Below are positions 27,501-39,229 of a DNA stretch of 64,000 bases, one piece after another (the stretch's first letter is position 1; the number at the start of each line of letters is the position of its first letter). The notes beneath the pieces are model-generated. The model was not told the DNA's origin, ran no database searches, and saw nothing but the letters and a program-made list of their open reading frames with translations. The DNA comes from Blasia pusilla (taxonomy: Eukaryota). The DNA lies in NCBI GenBank assembly GCA_050084515.1, contig CM114271.1, positions 26,040,001-26,104,000 of the forward strand. Direction: 5' to 3'. Position numbers and translations under genes: made by a program.

Positions 27501-30500
27501 ATGGAGTGAGAGAACTTCATGGGGGAGCTCGTTGGTTGCTCGATGTGTGTTGCAGCTTGGGGGATCGTGTTCTCCGCTTCATGGCTCATAGGAGTGCTCA
27601 CCGGAGCTAGAGCCGCGTGAGTTTGCTGTTTTGATTTTCCTATGGGAGAGTGGTACGTGGAAGTGTTGGCCAATTTTTTATGGGAATTGAGTATGGGGAT
27701 GGATTGCTCCATCTTGGTGCTCTTGGAAGCACAATGTAGCTTGCTGGTTTGTTTTGTGATAGGTTTCACATTTTTTTGGGAGAAATCAGCGTGGAAGCGT
27801 TGCTAAATTTTGCGTAGGAGAAAGAGACGTTGGGCTGCACGACAATCCCTGTGAGTTTTTGGTGGAAAATCAAATAGAAAAACCAATTTGACAAGATCGG
27901 GAAGTTGTGTATGCTGCTGAAGAAATAGTGCACAATTTGGAGATTAGAGCACGGAGTTATGATCATTTTTGTTGGGCTGCCATCACCACCGTTCCAAGGT
28001 GTGAGTGAAATCTCCAAAATCCTTGGGTAAAAATCCTTGTTGATAGGTAGAAAAATAAAATCATGTTTCATCCTAGGAGATTGGACAAAGGAAAATTTCA
28101 GTTGAAGTAAGATTTTTTTTTAGGGGGGGTGTTGACCCTCAATTTTAGGAGAGAATTGTGAGAAACCCTCAAACTGCAATCTGTCAAAAGGGGGAGCAAT
28201 CAAGTAAGAGGCAAAAATAGTGGGGATCCGGAATTCTAGGGGGTTATTTTAGTTAGGAGGAAAAAAAATTGTGGTCAATCCGCTGCCGCGCAACCGCGGA
28301 CTCTTTTGCGACCGCGGTACGTTGCCGCATACTACCGTCCGTGACTGGCCTGCCAGAGACGCACTTCCCGGCTACGCTGCTATTTCGGATTTTCCGCCGG
28401 CATTTTCTTTGCCTGCCTGCCGCTTGTCTCCATCGCATCTCCGTAGCCGCCCGCCTTGCTGTCCCTGCTGGAGCCGCCGACGATCGCTTGCCGACCGCCT
28501 CTCCGTTGAGCCGCAGCTTCCGGCGCTCTATAAACGCGACCGTAGCCGCGTCCTTCTCCCGCCCTTCCGGCTCGCGGCCGCTGGATCTGGGCCATTGGGC
28601 TTGCACGCCGCTCTGTCGCCGCCGCTTCCAACCGTGCGGCTGTCGCCGCTCTTCCATCATTATTGTCGCATGCAAAATGTGAATTTGTGGTCTTTCCGTG
28701 TTGTGATTTCCGTATCGTTACGGTCGGACCCGCACCGTTCATTGGAGAGATTTTAGCATAGTCATTATTAAAGGAATATGATATGCTGCTTAGAAGTTTT
28801 GTCTCCACCGTCGAGTTGAGGTCGATATTTATAATTATTGAGGAGCGACATCGATATTTGTTCATGTTATTCATTCTGGTCTTTTGCCCTGCCATGTTGG
28901 GGAATTCTGGGTAATGGGCTGTTATATGGGATATTGAGTTTCGTGTTGATGCCCAAAGCATCATTGATGTATGGGTTTAGGGGACATAGACATGTGTGGG
29001 ATGTCCAGAGTTGAGGGTGTGTGATGTCGATGAGATGATAAGACAACAGACGATTTGCCGTACCATGCTGCTTGTTGCCGCAAAGCACACGTCTCAGTGA
29101 GAGAGTATAGCTTGAGTGCCGCATGTTAGATTGAGTGATTGGGTGATTACTCTCGAGGTTGATAGTGATTGTGTGAGAGGAGCACGAGAATCATCAACGC
29201 GTCCTTTTAGGACTTTGAGAGGCGAGGTGGTGGACCTGAGAGTAACTCTAGAGGATTTATCCGGAGTGGTGCGAGGTTACGAGAGTCTCCAAGTGAGAGA
29301 CCGCTTCAATCTCCTTCTGTGTCGTCTTCAGATAAGGGGGAGAGTATGGAGGAGTGTGCTAGTGATCCACCGCACACATTGAGTGGTCCTACCAGTTGGG
29401 TGTACGAGATGGACGACCGGGGTAGAGAACCGCGTAGGTTTTCGGGTGCTAAAGGCACTATAGAGTTACACGACTTCATGGCGGAGTTTAGGAGTTGGTG
29501 TGACTCATAGCACGCTAGGAACTCTAGATAGTTCAACCCATTTACAACATGGAACGGAATTTTCCAGCATTTAGAGGGGCACCCATGGACGATTACAATG
29601 AGATCTCGCAGAGATATGACCATGAGATTGAGGCCTTCAGACTCTTCTATGACCCATACTATCTGTTATGGATTGAGCCGTTTCCAAATGAGGAGGAGGA
29701 GTCAAGAGAGGGTTCCTCCACCAATGATGTTGTAGGAGGGGTGACTCGCACTAGAGCTGTTGCATCGTCTAGTCGAGTTTTTCCGAGGTTCAACCCCGTG
29801 CTTGAGTTCTTCGCTGAGTTGAGGGCGAGCTACTAAGGAGTACGGACGGGGAAGTTACGGAGCATCCACAACTTCCAAAGGCGCCCGGGTGAGAGTTTGC
29901 GTGAGGCCTACACCCGCTTGCGCCGGTTGATTAACGTCACTCATGGGATGACAGAGGCTCAGGCTATCCAGTCATGGTACGCGATGCTGGACCGGACCCT
30001 GCGGACTCGTGTGCGGAGGGGATGCTTCTTATGAACACCTCCCCTATGTTGAGAGATGTTTTTAGGACCACCGAGAACATTGAGCGCAACATGGCGGAGG
30101 AGACCGTAGCCACCATGGGTTTTGGGCGAGAGCAATCACGATTGCCTACAACACCAATGCAGCAGCATGGATTCCGAGATAAGTCTATGGCACCACGAGC
30201 TCAGGGAGGATACCGGGAGGCCGTGCCATAGAGACCTGCGCTTTCATATGCGGCTCAACAGCAAGCGCCTCCGATTACCTGTTGGTCATGTGGCGGAGCC
30301 CATCATTAGCGTGATTGCACTCGTCAGGGTCATGGTCGCATGGAGGAGGAGATGGTACTGTACCAGCAGGTTATTTGTGTGACTATTGTCACACTAATAA
30401 CACACGCGCCAGGTGTTTCAGCTTGCACTGTGAGTTGCATCCGGCTAGGGCTAGAGAGGATTCGAGAGCGAGTTGCCGGATTGGGTAGGCCTAGAGGTCG

Positions 30501-31619
30501 TGCACCAGGTGGTCCTTTTGGGGGACGAGGAGTTGGATTCGCCCGAGGGGGTGGTGGAGTTGCCCGTGGAGGAGGTAGAGTCCCACCACCTAGACGTGTC
30601 GAGGGAGACGTTGGGCGTGAGGTTGGGATGGCTGCTCAGATACAACAGATACAGAAGCATATTGACGATATGGCATTGAGGTTACCCAATGCCAGATGTG
30701 TGGCATCATGTTTAGAGGTGATTAAAGAGGAGGTGATGGACGTGCCCTTAGAGCTGATGCTTGGGTCGTCCACGTCAGATTCATGGCAGGCTGCGGCTGC
30801 TAGGATGGCGGAGATGCCCACTAGACCCGCAATAGAGAGTGCCATGGCTTCTCCTGCTCTTGGTTTGTTGGATAACCGGGGAGAGGTCTTCCAATTGGTG
30901 AGTCTAGGAGGTAGAGCTTTTAGTCTACAACGCATCTTGTTGGATTCAGGAGCACAACCCCTCATGTTGGGGAAAGTGGCATTCAAAGGTTTGGGCCTGA
31001 CGAGGGTCGATGTGGAGCGTTGTCCATTTTGGATACAAAAATATTTGAGTGGAGCGAGTACCACACAGTATATCGTCTGATAGGAGGTCGTGGTGAGGAT
31101 TCTCCAGGGACATCCTACAGATGAATTCATGGTACGAGCCAAGGCAATAGTGACTGATGCAGAGTCCTACAACGTCTTGGTTGGTGGAGCAGTGTTGTAC
31201 CCGATGGGGTTTTTAGTGGATTAATAGGAGAAGTCAGCCTCCTACAGACCAGGATGGCAGTTAGGTGATGGGCGCCTCAGCTCATTACCCATTCGATTCA
31301 TAGGTGCAGTGATCGAGCAACGGCCAGGAGAGATGGCGACCTTAGCAACATTTACCGGCGTCATCACTTGGCCTAGTGATTTGATTGAGGGACATATCCA
31401 TGTAGAGAACACTCTCGTTCCTGACATGTCTATGGAGAGGAGTGTCATGGTAGCCGCATAAGTCCGTGGAGCAGAGGTGCCACTTTGGGGCTCGACTAAG
31501 GAGCTTCGATGCTTAGCCACTGAGCATGTACAGATCGCGTGGAGCGAGACATTTGCACCAGAACGTGACGGGTTAGAGAAACCCGAGGTAGCTGAGAGTG
31601 CTATGATGACGCCCTTGGA

Positions 31620-32620
31620 TACCACACCCATTGTGTGGCGCATCCTAGAGGAGGGTATTCGAGTGTTGGATCTCTTTGGAGGGATCACCACTGGATTAGT
31701 TGCTGTTTAGCAGGGAGGAGTATGCGTGCAGTAGTACCTGTATATGGAGATTGATGATGTTGCAAGGCGCGCTTCACTTCACCATGTGGCGCAGTTACGC
31801 CTCCATTTTTTTGACTTTTTGTGTGCATCCGCTATCCAGGGATACCGGAGTTCCCTACCGAGGGATAGTTCATTGCTGGGGACGCAAGACTTGGAGCGGG
31901 TAGGGACCATAGACTTGGTCATTGCTGGTTGGCCGTGTCAGGGCCAATCGAGTGCTAGACAAGGTAGCGGGTTAGTTGACACACGGTCCAGGTTATTTTG
32001 GGAGATGATGTGGAATTTGCAACACTTGCAGGAGCATTAGTCCCGTTCTCCAGCATACATTCTGGAGAATAAGCCGATCTTGGGCGATTCGAGGTCAAGG
32101 TGGTGACGAGTGCACATCAAGTGTGTACATGGATCGACTCAATAGTATTTTTGGATGCGGCGAGTGTAGGTTCTAGAGCACACGGCCCGCGCCTTTGGTG
32201 GACCAACTTGATCGCACATGAGGTTTTGCGGAGGGCTTATGCAAGAGTGGAGCACCCCTCCGATTTGTTGGTGGATACTATTTTGGATCCAGGTCGTCAA
32301 TCACACGCAGTGAGGCACGATGATCGATCACCGTTGACTATGGTCAAGAGGATTGGCATGCGACGAGCAGTCTTTCCCACATTTTTGAGTTTTCCCGCTT
32401 CTTATGTAGTCAAGGAAGCCATACCTGGTTTGGTTTGGGATGACCAAGTACAGAGGTTGGTGGAGCCCAACGCCGATGGGCACGAGCGAGCGATGGGATT
32501 CCCCACTAGAGTGACGGTAGTATCATCACTATCAGAGGCATCACGACGTCTTTTCTTGGGTCACGCGATGGACCTGAATGGCTTGACATGGATTTTCAGC
32601 TTAGGCGTAGTTGAGCAGCA
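31620..32620 (+). pseudogene. C5 cytosine DNA methyltransferase domain within Pol of element A (disrupted)
   Basis: Motifs in order: VLDLFGG (I), EID (II), DLVIAGWPCQG (IV), YILEN (VI), RAHGPRLWWTNL (VIII), ERAMGFP (IX), LGHAMD (X). In-frame stops and a frameshift. Confidence 0.92.
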
Positions 32621-35600
32621 TCGTTTGAGGATGCGACAGATCACAACTATTGCGTTGGTGAGCCCCATACATGCCAAGATGGTTGAGGCAGTGGCCGGGG
32701 GCCAGATCGAGGAGATCGACATACTAGGGGTGATCGGGAGAGACACATTTGAGGAGATTGACACACCAGGGGTGATCGAGAGAGACACCCTTGGACTTCT
32801 TGGGATGTTTTGCACGTACGCCATGAGATGGTAGCCACAATATCGAGCGTGTTACTACACATGGAGGAGATCGGGTTTTACAGTTGGATGTAGGAGATCA
32901 GCCGAGTGCAACTGTCCGAGACGGGGTTGCACCATAGCAACCACCTACATCCGGGCCGGAGAGTCCTACTGTAATCACGATGGAGACTTGGGAGCGTGAC
33001 ATAGACCCTAAGTTCACAGGAGGAGAATGGCGCCGGATACATCAGTTCTTGAGGAGTTATAGGAGTTGTTTTGCATTTAGCATGCAGGATTTGGGTATGC
33101 TAAAGTGTCCAGGGATCCGCATTGAGTTGTCGAGTAACACACCGATCTTCCGACGATCCTACAGGTACTGTGACATGGAGAGGGCTCTAATTCAGAGTAG
33201 GAGCCAGGATTTGGTTGGAGTAGGACTAATGGAGATGTCGCATGGAGAGTATGCATCTGCCACTGTCATGCCCGCCAAGAAGGATGTGCATGGCAACTGG
33301 ACGGATAGGGGTATGTGTGGAGATTACCAACCTATCAATCGGCAGACAAAGTCTGATAGGTATGCCATGCCCATCCTAGAGGAGATATTTGATGCGATTG
33401 GGCATGCAAAGATCTTCAATTCATTGGATTTGCAAGCCGGATATCATTAACTGCCTATCAGATTGGAGGACACGCAGAAGACCGCATTTTGGGGCATCGA
33501 TCCTCACGGGAAGGATTGTTTGTACCAATGGAGGTTCTTACCATTCGGGTTTACGAACGCCCCAACTGAGTTTCAGAGGATCATGGATCATAGATCTTGG
33601 CAGGTTTGGATTTTGCTAGGTGTTATATTTATGACATCGTAGTCTTTAGCGCCACGGTTGAGGAGCATGAGCGACATCTAGAGGAGGTGTTCCGACGATT
33701 GTAATTACATGGGCTAAAGCTACATCCAGGCAAGTGCAAGTTCTTCTATGACCAAATTGAGTACTTGGATCATACATATACCCAAGGGGCCTTGGTGTGC
33801 AACAGACGAAGGTAGAGGCTATTTCACGCATTCCATGCCCTACATATGTGAGTTGAGTTCGTGCATTCATGGGATTGGAGAACTTCTATCGATGTTACAT
33901 CAAGGGTTTTAGTTTGATTGCAAAGCCACTAACCTTGCTAACTAGGTGGATCAGGAGTGGCACTCGGGGGATGAGCACGAGAAAGCATTTCAGCTGCTCA
34001 CGGACAGATTGACGTCCGCGCCCATATTGAGGAGATCGATCAGGGGGCGTCCTTTCCAATTGCATACCGATTGGAGCATGTTGGGGCTTGGAGCCGCGCT
34101 CACCCAACATAATGATGATGGTAGAGAGTTTGTGGTGGCTTACGCAAGTCACTCAAACAACGTTGCAGAAGCGAAGTATAGCTCGTATGAGGGTGAGTAC
34201 TTGGCTGCGGTGTGGGCTATCGCACATTTCAGTTGTTATTTATTCGACAACCCCTTTACCATCATTACCAATTATTAGCCACTTAAGTGGTTGATGGAGT
34301 CCGACAAGCCCACAAGGAAGCTTGCGAGGTGGGTTCTTTTTTTGGAGGAGTATGACTTCTAGGTGGTGCATAGACCTGGGATACTCAACCAGGATGCAGA
34401 TGGTTTGAGCCATAACCCATGCTCGAGTCAACAAGATGCAATTGGAGCTTGTTGGCATGGTGAGAGTGATGAGGAGTTGGTGCCAAGATGGCACGCGCCA
34501 GCCAATTTGGGACTACTGGCTATGGAGAGCCAGATTGCCGAGACTTTGATGGTGTGGTCTGATGGAGAGTTCTTGGATCCAGAGGTTGGTGAGGAGACAA
34601 CAGGTGGCCGAGATATTCACGACGATGGAGTGGTCTTGGAGTACCTACGTATTGGCAGTGTCGCGAGCATAGTGGTTGCTAGAGAGCGGGATTGGATCCT
34701 ACAGCAAGCCAGACGGTTCGGGTGGGAGGGGACACATGTGTTGCGAGTTTGGGAGGATGGTAGAGTCCGTAGAGTGCCTCATCCTTTGCAGAGAGCACAT
34801 TTGGTGCGTCATGCCCATGAGGAGTTGGGTCATTTTGGAGTGAAGCGGACGTACAACTTGCTCCAGATTCAGTATTGGTGGCGAGGCATGAAAAATGACG
34901 TTTAGTAATTTGTTGCCAGGTGGTGTGTGATCGAGTTTGGGCATCGTTCAATGCTCCGACTCCACAGTTACATCCACTTTCGATTATGGGTTTAGGTTAT
35001 AGATGGAGTTTGGATTTTGCAAGACCTTTACCTTTGGCGAAGCGCCATAGTCGGTATGTGTTGGTGATGGTCGAGCACTTCTTGAAGTAGATAGAGTTGG
35101 TTGCATTGCCTGAAAAAGAAAGTGAGGGAGTAGCATATGCCTTCCTAGATCAAATGTTGAGTCATTATGGTGCAACAGTTTAGGGTTTGACAGACCAGGG
35201 TACAAAGTTTCGCCAGGAGTTTCACGCCTTGTGTGATCAGGCACTGATCCACCATCGCACTACTTTGCGAGATCATCCTAAGGCGGATGGACTAGCGGAG
35301 CGGGTTTTGCAAACGGTGAAGAGAGGATTACGCAACTATGGCTTGTAGAGAGGTTACCTAGGAGATTGGGACCTCCAGTTACGGTGGTTGGCGATGGGAT
35401 ACAGATTCAACAGACAAACATCCTTAGCGTCTTTCTCACCGTACATGCTGCTCTATGGCCGAGAGCCAGATTTACCTACGGCCATTTGTCGAGAAATTGG
35501 TGAAGTTTTGAACCTTGATGACCATGATGTATGGATGCGAGCATCTTCTCAGAGGGCTAAGTTATTTCGGAGAGTGATGCCCAAGGTGTTTGAGAACTTG

Positions 35601-35794
35601 GTAATTGCGCAACATCGGGATACATTGAGGTATGCGACTATGCAGGGAGGTGGTTATCGACCTACTATCCGGAGGTTTCATCAAGGAGACTTTGTCTACT
35701 TGCAATAGATGGCACCAACAACGTTGGATGTGACTGCAGGGCGCACCATCTTGAGAGCGCGTGAGATTTTGCCATCTGGTGTTCTCTTGTTGGA

Positions 35795-36182
35795 TTCTCA
35801 ACATCCACTTCTCTGAGCACCATTAATCTGATCGCCCCCCTTGTATGAGGAGAAGCCTAGATTGATGGTTCCGACTTAGACGTCAAAGGAGTCATAGTAA
35901 TATGACGTAGGTGGTTTCAGGAGTAGCGTTACGAGGATTATCTAACCCAATTTTGCAAATTTTATCTATTAATAGAAACAAAGAAAATTAGGTAAAAACC
36001 GTAGTTTCTCGAGTAGTGAAATAGTCGGGAGCCGTAGCGGTAGCGCATTCTCGTATGTCGAGTTATCTCCATATTCAGGTTTCATTGAAGCTCTTATGTG
36101 AGCGCACGGACGGACTAGGCCACTTTGTATCTCTAGGTTTTGTAAAGATTTCAGTGATTTTGTCACTTTCTGTTTTCTCATA
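35795..36182. mobile_element. Unclassified 388-bp insertion in the integrase C-terminal region of element A
   Basis: Flanked by TCTCTTGTTGGA (35783-35794) and TCTCTTATTGGA (36183-36194). Removing it restores LPSGVLLLEGRDG; elements B and C lack it. Confidence 0.75.
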
Positions 36183-39100
36183 TCTCTTATTGGAGGGACG
36201 CGATGGTATGGTTTGGAAGGACCATGTGCGTAACTGTGCGCGATGTCATCTTCCAAAAATTGACGGTATAATTGATCCGAGCTTAGCAGTAGTTCCTGTA
36301 GGCTTGCGGTGTATGTTGTGTGGTTCAGCCACTACGCTAGTCTGTGATGGGTGTTCGAGAGGATGGCATATGGCATCTCTGACGCCATCTCTCACTAGGG
36401 TTTCTGAGGGACGATGGATGTGTCCCAGATGTACATAGAGTAGGTAGTTCTAGATTCAGACTTGTGTCTGTGACATGGATGACAAGAAGGGGACTAATGA
36501 TGGGGCCACATGAGCACCCAACCTTTTTGCTCTTAGCGTCCGAGAGATGTATATCATGGTAGGTAGGGATAGATGGCTACCTGGAGTTAGAGGGACCTAA
36601 CCACCAACTAGGGGGGCGATTGGAGATATTTTGGTACTTCTTGTCTCGTTGTTTGGATGACATGAGTTAGCATGGGATTTTACGTGTTTGTGTGTATGTT
36701 TGTCGACAACGATGTATGTTGTGTAGCGATGTGTATGCCCACGACAGCTGTCATGACTTTTCAAGATAGATGAGAGAGATCTGGTAGAGCGCCTTCACGA
36801 GTAGAGGAGGACACGCTCAGGAGGTCGAGGATGACGTGCTGAGGTCTTGAGAAACCTGAGAGAGCAAGTTTTCCCTTCGTTTCGGCTCATTTGGACCCAT
36901 ATAGAGCAACTTATTATTTCGAGTAAGTTTCCATTTTTGGTAGAGTTGAATTTCCACTTTGGGAAGTGGCCCTTGACCTAACCTATGGCTCTTGACCCGC
37001 TACAACAGGTCCAGAGCCAAGGAGGTGACTTGCAAGCATAGGTTAGCGAGGAGAGAGCTTGGGAGAGGGAAGGGGGTATACCTCAAGGAGAGAGAGAGAG
37101 AGAGAGCTTGAGAGCTCATTCTCTCTTTGTTGAACCTCTTGGCATGAGGCGACGGAGCTGTGGTCCCTTTCCTTGTGAGTGTAACCCAAGCCTCTCATTA
37201 GGAGAGTGAGTTTGGTTTGATATTGAGAGAGACACGTGAGAGTGCACACATTTGAGAGCTATGGTGTTGAGAGAGATTGAATCTACTTGATATATTGGAA
37301 ATATTTTGGTACTTCTTGTCTCGTTGTTTGGATCCCATGAGTTAGCATGGGATCGTGCGTGTTTGTGTGTATGTTTGTCAACAACGATGTATGTTGTGTA
37401 GCAATTTATATGCGCACAACACAGCCATTAGTAGCACATAGTAGTAAGAGCAACTGATGACCTGCAATTGGCAAACAAATTACATAAGAACAGAGAGGTA
37501 GTGCCCCGTATGAAAAAACGTAGAGGAAAATTTGAACACGGTGGCTTGCATTGCTAGATCAATGTTTTGCACTATAATCATCGGAATCAAATGTACTTAG
37601 GAATCGCAGGTTGCCACAAAGACGTTCGCAAGGGACACGAACTTAGAACCGCCACTGCAAGGAAACAACAAAGTATGGCGGCATGGTAGATCAGGATTAC
37701 AATTCCAGGAGATAGTAGGCAAAGATGAGGAGAGACCATCAATAGAGATAGGAAAGGAATGAATACGATTATGGCTGTAAGCCCTTGCGCTATGTAGTGA
37801 AAGCTAATATGGGCCGAACCTGGTGGAGGCGGCCAGTTACAGCTACAACAAATGCAGCCTATATAATTGCCACTCCCTAAAATAATGCAATTGCAAATCC
37901 ATGCTGTGGCGGACATTGTGCACGATTGGGCAGTAAGGCCGCTAAGATCGCAAAACAAAAAGATTCATCCAATGTGAAAAGACCTAAGAATTCAAATGGC
38001 ATAGCGTCCTAGGCCTTGGCGCAATAAAGAGGATGAAGAGCTTACAATAAGTTGTAACACGTATGTAAACTCAGCTTCATGAGGACCTGATTGCCAGAGA
38101 AGCACGCAGCCGCGCCATTGCATCCATGCCCCAAGCCGTTTTATTCTTACTAAGAATGGATAGGGATGCAATTGTGCATCAGAAATGAGAGACTAAATCT
38201 GTGTTGCGACAACGACCATACTCCTTGACAATAAGATAGCATCACAATTGCAATTGCGTTGTGGAGAGTGCATACACAATCTAGACATGACCAACATCCA
38301 TGGCCTATTGATATTGTCTGGAGAACAATTTATAGAGGCTGAATACCGCGAGCGGCGAGTCAGCAATCGAGAGCATAACACAGGAAGCATGAACTACCGA
38401 CAATAGTGGAAAACAATCCCAATGAATGGACACCGACAATTCCGTGTTTCCCTGTTTAGAACTCGAGTCTACCAAAGGCGTAACTCGCTCATCCGATGCT
38501 CTCACTGGTGAACACTTCTTGTGTGTAGCCATCGTAGCCTTCTTGCTGTGGCTGAAGCAAATCTCGAGGCTTGCGTAACAATCCATCAGCCAAACTAGTG
38601 ACGCATACATGTATTAGACACGTGGACACCTTGCGCGGTCTCTGCACTCCGAGGGATGTGTTGCGACCATTAGGGACGGTGGCAACACGGAGGGAGGCGG
38701 ACAAAGCTTGTGCACGTTGTAAGGCTACTGAGATATATTGCCAAAATTAAGGAGTGACTACAAAGAGAGAAGGACTATGAAGCAGTGATGGAGGCGGATG
38801 GGGACGGTGGAGGAGGATGCCATGGAGGGAAGGAGGAGGGAGATGGTTCGTGTGATATACCAAAATGGAGATCTCAGTCTCCTCTACGTTTTGATCCGCA
38901 TCATCGATCTTATAGTGAAGTATTTTTTGTTTTATTATGTTTTTTAGATTCTTGGTCTTATTATGGTTTCTCATGTAGGTATTATGATGCCCTTTGTTGT
39001 CTTGCCTCATTGTCAAGTTATGGACGTTTCCAAGATAACTCATGTTTTTCTTTCACACCACCCCTTTTTCTCTACATCCTTCCCTTTTGGCCATGCATAT

Positions 39101-39229
39101 TTCTCGCTCATGTTTGACCCATGTTTTTCTCTGTTATCCCACCTTTAGGTGAACCTCTATTCCCATCCATTTTTCTCCGGTTTTGTCTATTCACTTTCCA
39201 CATTATTAGTACCTCCATACTACCTATAG

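Larger units (their letters stand above)
27061..37421 (+). mobile_element. Ty3/Gypsy-class element A with cytosine methyltransferase, PHD finger and split direct repeats (A1-internal-B1-A2-B2); first ~90 bp of A1 missing
   Basis: A1 ~27061-27485; PBS 27486-27500; gag ~29320-30660; PR (LLDSGAQ) ~30935; DNMT ~31620-32620; RT ~32980-33900; RNase H (FQLHTDWS, YSSYEGE); INT (HEELGHFG, GLAER); PHD 36310-36432; PPT 36610-36618; B1 36619-36746; A2 36749-37293; B2 37294-37421 ending in CA. Confidence 0.93.

Noticed and set aside
28253-28964. Overlapping 137-194 aa ORFs on both strands
   Set aside because: Expected from stop-poor GC-rich sequence; low-complexity Arg/Ala translations.
31620-32620. Host DNMT3/DRM gene or bacterial restriction-modification contamination
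   Set aside because: It is intronless and collinear with Pol at the same position in two families; no restriction enzyme or bacterial context.
37430-39150. Possible gene between element A and the CRE-like element
   Set aside because: Only short unrelated ORFs; no motif or consistent splice pattern I can support.
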